Positions 34,378 to 47,219 of a DNA stretch of 64,000 nucleotides are shown piece after piece; the stretch's first letter is position 1; each line of letters opens with the position of its first letter. Under the pieces are notes generated by a model. The model searched no databases, was not told the DNA's origin, and saw only the letters and a program-made list of their open reading frames with translations. The DNA is taken from the NCBI RefSeq assembly GCF_009914755.1, contig NC_060930.1; one strand, 5' to 3'. Source of the DNA: the human T2T-CHM13v2.0 reference genome, Homo sapiens. Both the position numbers and the translations under genes were made by a program.

Positions 34378-37300
34378 ATGATTTTTTTTTATAAGACATT
34401 TTGGATGATTCTAGATTATTTATTTCCAAAACTATGGCTTTGATTAAAGCCTCAGGATATGAGCACAATACAATCTTTCATTAAAATGTTCAAACAGCAG
34501 CAGCAGCAAGAAAGGAATGCCAACAGCATTAACAATATGTCTTATAGTCCTACCAGTGGTTGTTACAAAAGGGACACACACATATCTACCCATATATCTT
34601 GCCAGAAGGAACTTATCTTTAAAAATATTATGGTGAACATGAAAACATACTAGTCATATAAGATACATAGTTTATAAAAAACCCCACCGAAACCAAACTT
34701 TATGAGTCTTGGATAACCCAGAAGCTAGTATTTTTCAGTAATGAGGAGTAGATGAAACGGTCACTGGGCAAGGCAATTGCTAATAATGACTGTTAATTCA
34801 GTGTAGATTATGAAGTTCTGCAGGCCTGGGGAGCAAAAGAAGGAAAAGACACATGCAGCAGGAAGAGAATGGGAACAGTGAATGAAGAGGCCATTTCTTG
34901 TATTGCATATAGGGTTTTTGATTAGGAGAGGGAGTGGTTGTTAGTGTTGATCATCAATCACTAAGACCTGGTATTTCAAATAACAAAAGTACCTTTGTTG
35001 TAAAGTGAAATATTTATTTTCTTTGAAATGTAAGGTTACATAACTTGCAATGAAATGTAAGCCAGTATTGGTCTAAACTAAACAAAACCATGAGAAGACA
35101 ATTTAATTGTGATGTAGAAGCAGTAAAAAAGGTAAATAAAGTGGCCTGAGTTTGGTCCTAAAATGATTACGATATTAAATAGTTCTCATGCCGTTAAAAT
35201 AGTACTAGGCCTTACTTCCTTTTATTCATTGATTTAATAATACCACATGCTATTTCGTGTACTTATTTCTATGGGATTTTGGTTACTATGTATAGCTAAA
35301 ATTTATTTACTTTATTCTGCTTATTCACAAATAGTGTTTCGACCTGGCTTGAGCTTTATAGGCCTAAAAGCTTTAGCACATGGAACATTAAAACCATGCT
35401 TTTCACTTGGATGATTGCATAAAGCCTTTTTATAACAGATTCTAAAGCCTGATGCAGGACAGTATTCACACAGATGTTGAAAGAGTAAGTAACAGAGATA
35501 GGGATTGTTGTAGGGTTTATGCTGCTGTTAGCTGTTGTCGTCGCTTTCTTTTTTCTTCCAGAGTATAGAATAAGAAGGCATAGACCTAAGTTTCAACTGA
35601 ACTCAGTTTGCTTGGACTGAGAAGAAACTCATGTGGTTTCTTGTCACACTCAGAGTTTAAAAAAATCCCAACTCCTAACTGTGATCCAAAAGCATGCTCT
35701 GGTCCCTGTGTGTCTGCCTAATTTCATTTTTTAAAACTAGGATTTCTTTGTTCTTTTTTAGCCATACCATTTTGTTGTTGTTTCAGGGCCTTAAACTTGG
35801 TTTTTCCTTCACTATGGACCATTCCTTTCTGGTTTTTCTGTGACTCTCCAAATACAGGTGCTTTAGGCCCTTTACATTTGCTTTTTCTTCATCCTTCAGT
35901 ATTTTCCCCCTAGTTCTTTGACCTTTATTCAGGTCTGTTTCCTCAAGTGTCTCCTTCTCAGATAAATTTTTCCTGTCTAAAATAGCCTTTTGGTCCCAAC
36001 CTTCCCTTATTACTCCCCACTCCCTTACCAGATTGTTTTCATTATAGCAGTTAATTATATCTGACAGTCAATTTTGTATTTGTTTCCACCATTAGAAGAC
36101 AGGGACTTTGCCTTGTTCATGTCTCTGTCCTTAGCATCTAGAATAGTGACTGTCAGGGAGTAATCTAGTCAAAGTACTCAAAAAAGTACTGTTGAATGGA
36201 TGCAGGCTTGCCTAATTAAGTTGTAAGGACAAGTTACGATGGAGCCATTATTTAGGAGATATTTGAATATGGGTTAGTTAGGTGGGATGATAAGTAGAGG
36301 GGTGAATATCCATGGTAGAGATTGAGAGTCCATGAACATGTGACAGACTGGGAAATCATACTTTCACATCCTTCTGGCCACCGTGGTTAGTCTAGGGCAG
36401 CTTGACCCAAATTGAACTTAACCCAAATTGAGCTAGGCAGAGTACCTAGCTTTATTCTATGAGGCCCTGCCCTTGCCCTGTTTACCTTAACTCTTCCTTA
36501 GATCCTGTAAGCTGCTGCAACCTGGAATCCTTTTGATACTGCTGTTTTCCCCTCTTTGGGTAGTTAGAATTTGGTTTCTATTCTTTGTCCATGTAAGAGT
36601 TCTGCCTAATATCAAGGGGTAGAGATAGGTCATGTGAATTAGGTTGGAGTTAGATGTATGTTTGTAACTATTAACATTAGACCTGAGCAAGTATTGGTTT
36701 ATGCAAAGGGCTGATATATGCAGTACTGCATTTTCTTGTCCTTTTAATTTTAGGTCTCTAAGACAGAGTAGAAGCTATGGGAAAAAAATGTATGTCTATA
36801 TGTTAGGAGTTCTTAGGTTATAGGAAATCTGAGCATCTGTAGTAGTCCACATATCATTATCAATGGCTAGAGAATCTATCCACTTATCTGGTTGGCATTT
36901 AACGAGTGTGTACCATGTGTAGGACATTTTCCTTACATACAAAGGTTAATTAATTCATTTTACAGAGACACTTATTGAATGAAAACTCCATGCTGTGTTT
37001 TGCAGGGTCACAGTTAAACAAGCCCTGGCTTCCCCCTTAAAGGAGCTTACAGTCCAAGAGAGTGAGCATGACAAGCAAACAGATTTGTGCAAAGCAGCAT
37101 AGGAGTGTGTGTTGCAGGGATGCCAAGAAGGGAGTCATCAGTTCTAAGGTTAAGATAGGAGAAATTTCTTGGAAGGTTCTTAAGAGATGGAAAAGTTAAA
37201 TAGGTGTTTGGCAGAGAGAGGTATTGGGTGTTTGTGGAAGGAGAATTGGAATTCCAAAGAGTAAAGGTGTGGAAGTGCTGGACCAGTGGAGGAGATGTCA

Positions 37301-37434
37301 TTCAGAATGTCTGGAGAGTATAGCCTAAAGGGAAGAAGTGTCAGGTGAGGAATGGGACAGAAGAGGAGGCCGAAAGAGGGAGAACAGGCTAAAGAGTTGG
37401 GACTGTATATGGAGGGTAGTAAGGAGTCATTTAA

Positions 37435-37559
37435 CCCATTTATGCATAGTGTTCCATTATTGGAACGTTAAGCTTGTGGGGGTTATTTATATCCTGCTCA
37501 TGGTCATCGCCAAGGTCTGATTTTTCACAAAACAATTTGCAACCTACGGCATGAATGGG
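37435..37559 (+). mobile_element. MER85, non-autonomous piggyBac (PGBD3) MITE, inserted in an L2 relic
   Basis: TTAA TSDs (37431-37434, 37560-37563); TIRs CCCATTTATGCA / GGCATGAATGGG; internal palindrome GTTCCATTATTGGAAC. Confidence 0.93.
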
Positions 37560-38419
37560 TTAAGAGACTTATTCAAGGAAATAGTGGAACATATTTGTAT
37601 TTTGGCAAGTTCCCTGCCATGACAAAGTAAAGAATGGGCTGGAGGCAGGAAGACCACGGAAAGCAGATAATCTGAAGCCTTATGTTCTTAGTCACAGATC
37701 CGTCCTTAGGGAAAGTGAGGCCTTGCCTGAGCAGAGGCTCTAGATGGGCGGATTGAACTTCATGAGGATGCTGAGCACAGTGAACACATTCCTGATGTGT
37801 CCAGTATATATGGCATGTTCAACTCCCCCAACAGTTGTATTATCTTTATAGCTCAGCCAGTCATATTTCGCATTAAACGACAAACCTAGGCATCAGAAAT
37901 GAGACCTTGGAAAACAGCTAGATAACTAGCATTGACATAGGAATTATTGTGTAACAACTTGGCTTGGTGAGATGGATGTCTGGGGAAAATGGATGAAAAT
38001 TGAGTAGACACTCAATAAATATTTCTGTGGTTGGTTATTTATATAAAAGCCTTAATCTTTTTTCCCCTTACATAGAGTGTACATTTGATTTCTTCTAGTG
38101 TGAATCATAAGGATTTGTTTTTCATATTCAGAAAATAAAGCAGTTGAGAAAATTGTGTGATGAATGGCAAAAGCATTTAATGTTTATTTTTGGTGACTTT
38201 TATGTAGCCCTTGAAGTTTTATAGTCATTGTTACATCAGGAAAACAATTTAAAAGATCACTAGTCAAGTTCTAACAATTCCCCTAGAAAGTTACAACAAA
38301 AATGACTTCTAATAAGCTTGTTTAATATTAAATTTAATTGGAATAAGCACTCGATTTTGAATTAGTGTCTTCAAGTTTACCATCTTCTATGACATATTCA
38401 TGTTGTTAAAGATGGACAA

Positions 38420-38740
<321 letters not shown>

Positions 38741-39742
38741 CTACAAGCACTACATTTAGAAATAATTAGAAGCAAACACATTTAACTTGTAGAGGAAACA
38801 TTTTACTAAAAACCATATGGCAATAAATAATTTGATTTTTTTTTAAAGAAGCAAATTGAACACATTGGGGATTGAAATAATTTGAGAATTCTGTAAATGT
38901 ACTCTTAAAATAATTGTCTCTAGGGTAAGCATGTTAATTCTGAGTGAAGCTCAGTCAATTAATTCGAAATAGGAGAGGTGATAGTAGTGGTGATGGTGGG
39001 AGTTTTAGTAGTGTTTGTTACTAGCAGCAGCTACTAGCTTTTAGCACATAGTCCATTGTTTTATATAATGCATATTTGTTGAATTTATAGTTGAAGGCCT
39101 GTTTATATGTTCCCTTCATTTATTAATTTTAGTTAATACAGTATAGTTTACAGTAGCTGTGTAAAATTGGGACTAGTACCCTCATTTACAGATGAGGAAA
39201 TTGAGGCACTAAGGAATGAATTAAAGGTCATATAGCTAGTAAGGGCTAGCATTTGAACTCAGGCGTGTCTGACCTTCAACTCAGGCTTACATCATTTGTT
39301 ACTATGTTCTTTCCATCTGACTTCTGAATTCCCCTTTCAGTTTTATTTATATTAAAATCCCTAGTATGTAATCTCTGACTACAATCAGAGCATGCATAAT
39401 ATTGATTTTATATTGAAAGAGGTTGGAAAAGGAGAACCCCACTAGAATGAATGGCCAATAAGTTTTCTGGTGGTATTGGTTGGAATCCCAGCAAACCACA
39501 TTTCCCAGGATTATTGCCTTAGCAACAGCCTGCCCGCCTCATCTTTAATCTGCAAAGTAGTCTACTCCAGGAGCAGTGTTCTTGGGAAAACTTTAGTCTA
39601 TACACCAGGGTTTCAAAGCTGGGCCTTTTTGGCAGTAGAAACTGTAATTAGTTCAAAAGTAGAATGTAGATTAAGTAGTCACTTGGAATTTTACTGAGAA
39701 ATGATTCTGAGAATGTTTTTGTACTTACCGAGCAAGTGAGAC

Positions 39743-40290
39743 CTGTTACCACCTTCAGGGGAGGAGTCCCACTGTGTGGAGGACAGCAAGGAGCATAACA
39801 ACACCTACTGTCAGGAGCAGCAGTCCCAGGATGTCAGCCCACCACATGGTTGCAATTGTTGGATTCCTGAAGAGATACACGACTCACACAGGCTGTGGAT
39901 GGAACAATCTTTACTCACATAGAGAAGAGGTGGCAAAGTCAGCTTCAGTAGTGAGTTGGTCCCCATGTCCAGCTGGTCTCACCCTGCAGCCAAGGCAGGG
40001 AGGTTGTGGGTGTGCCCTCATCCCCTCGTGCTACAGATGAACAACCCTGTTCTCTCCTTGCCAGATATAGCAGTGAGGTTGGCCAGGTACTATATGATGC
40101 ACATGCTTAAACAGAACAAAGAAATAAACCTCCAGCCCAGAACAGGGAAAGATAGTCCCTAAGAGATATGCGCAGCACAACTTGTGAGAACTCTTTATCT
40201 CTTTATAAGGAAATGCAGGCCCAGGCACATCCTTATGTGGCTGTGCAAGGGGCCACAGGCTGCACATGAGTGGGCTTCCCAAGGGTCCTT
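39743..40290. mobile_element. Probable solo ERVL-type LTR (family uncertain)
   Basis: GC-richer ~550-bp block starting TGTTACC with LTR-like composition. Confidence 0.4.
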
Positions 40291-40446
40291 AAGCTGTAAC
40301 TGAAACATCTCATGCTTAGGAGTATAACAGAGTTCTCTGTTTTAAGAATTATTCTTAATTATTGGTTATTAGTCTGGCAACTGTATTTGAGATTTGTTTG
40401 CATTTTTAAGAGTATGTGTGGTGTTTTAAAAGTGTTAGATTATTTA

Positions 40447-40740
40447 GGCCGGGTGCAGTGGCTTACGCCTGTAATCCCAGCACTTTGGGAGGCCAGCGCA
40501 GGCAGATCATGAGGTCAGGAGATCGAGACCATCCTAGCTAACACGGTGAAACCCCGTCTTTACTAAAAACACAAAAAACTAAGCTGGGCGTGGTGGTGGG
40601 CACCTGTAGTCTCAGCTACTCAGGAGGCTGAGGCAGGAGAATGGCGTGAACCCGGGAGGCGGAGCTTGCATTGAGCCGAGATCGTTCCACTGCACTCCAG
40701 CCTGGGCGACAGAGTGAGACCCCCGTCTCCAGAAAAAAGA
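40447..40740 (+). mobile_element. AluY
   Basis: GAGATCGAGACCATCCT, GCTAACACGG, GAATGGCGTGAACC, GAGCTTGC; TSD AAAGKGTTAGATTATTTA. Confidence 0.94.
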
Positions 40741-41619
40741 AAAGGGTTAGATTATTTATACTCAGTGTCATGAACTAATCCTTACAGGTAATTCTATTTT
40801 CTAATATTTTACCAGTTTCCTACACTGTAGTACAGGGAGCTGTTCCTTTGTTAACTTATTTGGGATTCTGTCAAGTTGGAGAGTTAATATAGGCTGTTGG
40901 CTCCTTCTCCCAAAACTAACCATGGAGAAACTACAGAAGTAAGAGGAAAGCAGAGATCTGAGGAAATACCTAAAATAACTATGAAAAATTATAGGGGTGA
41001 CTGAGGCTGTTGCAAATTGGTATGTCTGTGTATGTGGTTTCGTGTAGGGCGCAGGGTGTCCTGAGGCATCAATCAGGAGAAGCAAAATTGTTTTAAGTGT
41101 TTTTTTTTTTTTTTTGTCTTTGAAGTTTGAGGTTTGATGTGACTTTCTCCAATTGCTTTGAGACAATGATTGCCTGCCCCTTGCCACAGAAGTTGGTGTT
41201 AGTTGGGTTATTTCAGGGCAGCACTAAAGGCTGATGGGGTGAGGAGCTGATGAAAACAGGTACAAGCCAACCAGCTGCCCCAGGGCACTGACTCCTCCTG
41301 GAGCATGCAGATTATACCCTACTGAGATTGCCTTCTTCCAGTGCTGCTGCTTTCTGGGACTTTAAAGGCTAATCCCTTTAAAAGAGTTACCCTTTAAAGG
41401 ATTTACATTTTAAAGGAGTTTCCTGGTGGTAGGCAGCAAACTGGAGTGATCAAGAGAGATTTTTGTTGCCAGTGGCTCATCCCCTTCATCCTTCTCAAAT
41501 TCACCAAAAGGGACAGTACTAGGACTTGTGTTTTGGCCATTTTTTTCATGTATGTTTCTAGACCTAGTAGCTCATAGCTTGTGTTGAATATGATCCCAGA
41601 AGCCAAAATAAGTATATGG

Positions 41620-42560
<941 letters not shown>

Positions 42561-42829
42561 TTCTATATAACCTTCCTGATTGAAAAAGATACAGGGTGGC
42601 AGGTCATGATACATAACCTTGTAATTTTTTATAACTATTTGGGAGAAGTGACTAGCATTTTTGTTAAAGAGATACATCTCTTTTTACTTTTGGGAGTGTG
42701 TACATGCTGTTTTCTTTGATCTCATATTGCAGTATGTATTTTTTAGAAACGTGCTTTTACAGCCATAGATACAATGAAATAGATGATTTTCTAACAATAA
42801 CATATAACAGAAATGATTTTTAATCACAT

Positions 42830-43326
42830 TGATGCAGGATTTTTGCTCCTTTAGCTCAGCTAGTTTTGGGTTCTTGTCTCACCACCAGGAACATTTAGGC
42901 TCACAGGCACCAGAGATTGAGTGGAGTAGAATTTATTAAGCAAAAGGAAAGCTCTCAGCAAAGAGAGGGGTCCTGAATGCAGGTTGCTGGATGCCCCCTC
43001 ACAGTTGAATACCAGGGCTTTTATTTAAAAGCTGACGAGGCTGGGTTCCTTATTTGTATAAGATGCCAATTCCTGGCAGCTCCACCCAGTCCTTCCAGTG
43101 TGCGTGTGGCCCCTTAGTTTGAGCCGCTCCATATGGATTTATTTCCCCTACTGCGCATGTGTTAAGGAATGGAATTTTCTACTGCGGGCATGTTTAGGCA
43201 AGCCCCCTGTGTAAGTTCCCTTACCTGCACAAAACATCTGGTGTAAACACTTGTGGGGCGTGTCAGAGGTTGTCCGGGGACCCTTCCCTTACTGTCTGCC
43301 TAAAGCAAGATGGCTAACTCCTTTCA
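42830..43326 (-). mobile_element. Complete solo ERV1 LTR (LTR15/MER61-like)
   Basis: TG...CA termini, 4-bp TSD ACAT (42826-42829, 43327-43330), AATAAA on the minus strand near 42933. Confidence 0.85.
43186..43205. promoter_or_regulatory. p53 response element, two decamers with no spacer
   Basis: GGGCATGTTT AGGCAAGCCC is a 20/20 match to RRRCWWGYYY RRRCWWGYYY; binding not shown. Confidence 0.75.
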
Positions 43327-43389
43327 ACATGTCCTCATGCTCCTAGATTTTAATTCATTTAAATATCATGTTATTATTGCTTGTGTACC

Positions 43390-43972
<583 letters not shown>

Positions 43973-46914
43973 CTTTAAAGCAAATAATTGTTCAATATTC
44001 TGAGAATTGTTGAGCAACTTAAGAACTGCCTTTAAGACTTCCATTTTATTAAGAATTTGTAGAACTGGATAGTTCTGTAGCAAGTGATACTTGTATCTAT
44101 TATAGCTTGTAATAAAAAGGAGCATTAATACAGCAATACATTATATGTTTGCTCTAGTTTTAAGGATAGAAATTATGTCAAAGCACATAAATCTACAAAA
44201 AGTTCTGAGATTGATTGATTTCTACAGCTTTATTTTCTTAAGTCCAGATAGTTCCGCCTGGATGCTTAACAGGCAGTTCAGACTTAACATGGACAAAACT
44301 GAATCTCTCTTAGTTTTTCTTCCAGATTTATTCTTACTCCTATTAGTGAGTAGCATCTTCATTCTTGCCTTGCATAGGGGCCAAAAAATCATCTGTCTTG
44401 ATCTGCAGCTAGAATGTTGGTGAAAAGTCACAGCCTACTGTTGTAAATGTCCTGTTTCCTTAAGTCCTTTGTTGCCCGTATGTTTACTATATGTCTTTAA
44501 CCAAAAATATTTAGTGTACTTTTAGGTAATGTTAATGTAATTTAAAAAATCAGTGGCAACTTATGGCAAATACATGTGTTTTTTGGTAGTTGACTTTAAA
44601 ATTATGTGAACTCTTTGATAGTTCACATGAGAGCACTGTTGAAGCATCTTAGTAGGATAGATTTTAGTTCATGCTGGCATTAATTTGCATTTGATTAAAC
44701 TGAGGGAGAAATAAATCAGGCACAAATAGCAGAACAGGAAAATCAAGCTTTACATTTGGTGCTCTGTGCTTTGTCCAGAGGATCTTGTGACCATTCATTC
44801 AAAACATTTTACTAAAGAAAACAAAATTTAACTAAGACATGCAAGATGAAAATCTCTCCCTCCTCCTAGTTTTATAACTGTTGGTGGTTCTTTAATTGCA
44901 ACAAAGTGCATTTTTATTTAAAGATTGTGGCTGCTTCAAAATAATACTATTTGGGGCTTCCTGTGTGTATTGAGACCTCTTGGAACTAACATTGCCTATG
45001 GGTTTTTGTTCCTTTTCCCTTTTCCTAGGATGTGTAATGAAACATGAAGACGTCAAGTATAAAGGATGGCAATTGCTCAGACTTGTCCTTTGCTTGTCTG
45101 GTTATCCATCAAACACTATCAGTGTGATTGTGCCAGAAAGTATGAAATAATGTTATTGGAAAGTAGTCAGTCAACTGTATGTCCAAGGTCACTTAAAAGT
45201 CTCAGCCAGCTGTTCTGATATCAAAGAGCATTTTACAAATATGATATATTAAAATGATTACTCTTAGGAAGTGTATCCCCAAACATGCTTACTTTACCCC
45301 AACTCTTGATTTTATGCCTTGGTACTTTGAGTAGGATAGGGCAGGTACAGATAATAGTATGTCACAGTGGTCTAGAATCTACATCCTTCCTGCTTGCAGT
45401 ATGGTGTTAGCTAGGGTCCATTCCATCACGAAAGTGGCAGCTCATCATTTTGGGCAGTCAGAAGAATAGGCAGTTGTTATAATAGCTACATTGTTTTTTA
45501 AAAAACTTATGCAACCAGGTAAGGGTTTTTTCACTTTTAGACTAGCATCTTTTCTTTACCGTAGAATCTAATTATTGTCTCTAATCTAAAAGGAGATAGA
45601 AAAATGTAGTAACCTAAAGGAAACAAAGAATAAGAAAAATATCTACTTTTCGTAAGAAAGGAATTTTGCATGTAATTTGATTTACTAGGTGACCTAAGTT
45701 AACAGGGAACTGATTTATATTTTTACTGGTATTAATACATTAAATTCAGGGGTTTCTGTGTTGTTAAAGGAATTCTGTGTCATTTGAAACTTCTATGAAT
45801 TTAGAAATGAGAAGACATCAGTGATCTAGGTGGCTACTTGTGATGATTCCTAGTTTTGTAAGGAAAATAAAAAGGAGATGGAAAAAGGATTTGGAACAAC
45901 CCTGATGTGTTTGTTACAACATTTCAAAATATGTCTATTTCATTTTCCTTCCAACATCCTCAATAATATTAAATGAGTTTTGTCTCTAAATTTGTGATGA
46001 ATTAAACATTTGTGAAATGCATCCTATGTAATGTTGGATCAGAAGGCTGAGGTGAAAATTCCAATTGACATAAATGTGCTTATCACAGTGAAGACATTAT
46101 ACTTTTCTATTTTCATTTCATAATCAATGGTTTGTATTGATTTTTCTGTGTTAGCAATGGAAATTATTTACTTTTCTTGTTCTGTTTTGTTTTAAATATA
46201 ATTACAAAGTTTTATAATTAATCACAAGGCTCTAGTTTTAATAGGCAAAACATGTTTATGTGTAATTGAAGTTAGTCACATAGTTTAAGAAGCTCCCTTT
46301 AGAAGGGCTTAAAAATAGAAATCCTTTAGTAGAGCAACAAAATTATGTAATAGTCTCATTTATTTTTAAAGAAAAACTGTAGTATTAGTTTATGAATAAA
46401 GAAAATAGCTTAAATTTAAACTAAACCGAATGAGTCCAAAAATAGTGCAATATCTGATTATTTCAGTTAGATAAATAAACTGAGTGAGATGTAGAGGCAC
46501 ACTGGGCTGTTCTATATTTTAAAACATTTTCAACATCTACAAAGGCAAGATATCTATCAAGGAAGACATCATTGTGCTCTAAGAGAGCAGAGAAAATTAA
46601 GTCACAGAGGCAAGGAAAAGTAGCTGAAGTACTAACCAAATGAATACTTTCTGCAGCATCTGTTAACATAAACATTAGAGGTATGTTGTTAGCCATCTGG
46701 GGCTACCATTCTTGAATTATACATTTGGATCAGTGGTTTGAGGTTCAGCTGTTGGGGAAATGGAAATCTCTATGTATTCTTGTTGATTACTTGCCCTTCA
46801 GTTCTTCAAGTGCATTTCCAAGGACTATGTTTTGTTACACAACAGATTACTGTTACTGAGGCATTAGTAATAATCTTGTCCACCTCCTACACTCCACTCC
46901 CCATAACCTTGATG

Positions 46915-47219
46915 TTTCGTTTTGTTTTTGTTTTTGAGACAGGGTCTTGCTTTGTCACCTAGGCTGGAGTGTAGTGGTACAGTCATAGCTAACTGCAGCT
47001 TTGATCTCCTCAGCTTAAGCAATCCTTCTACCTCAGCCTCTCAAGTAGCTGGGATTACAGGCACGTGCCACCACACTCAGCTGATTTTTTTTTTATTTTT
47101 AGTGGAGATGAAGTCTTGCTATATTCCCAGGCTGGTCTCAAACTCCTGAGCTGAAGCAGTCCTCTTGCCTGGGCCTCCCTAAGTGCTGGGATTACAGACT
47201 TGAGCCACTGCGCCCAGCC
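46915..47219 (-). mobile_element. AluJ
   Basis: Diverged dimeric Alu with a (TTTTTG)n tail. Confidence 0.88.

Noticed and set aside
34459-34653. Short polyQ ORF (CAG)4CAA
   Set aside because: Tiny microsatellite with no splice or homology support.
37431-37563. Possible miR-548/MADE1 hairpin
   Set aside because: TTAA TSD and CCC termini identify piggyBac MER85, not mariner MADE1.
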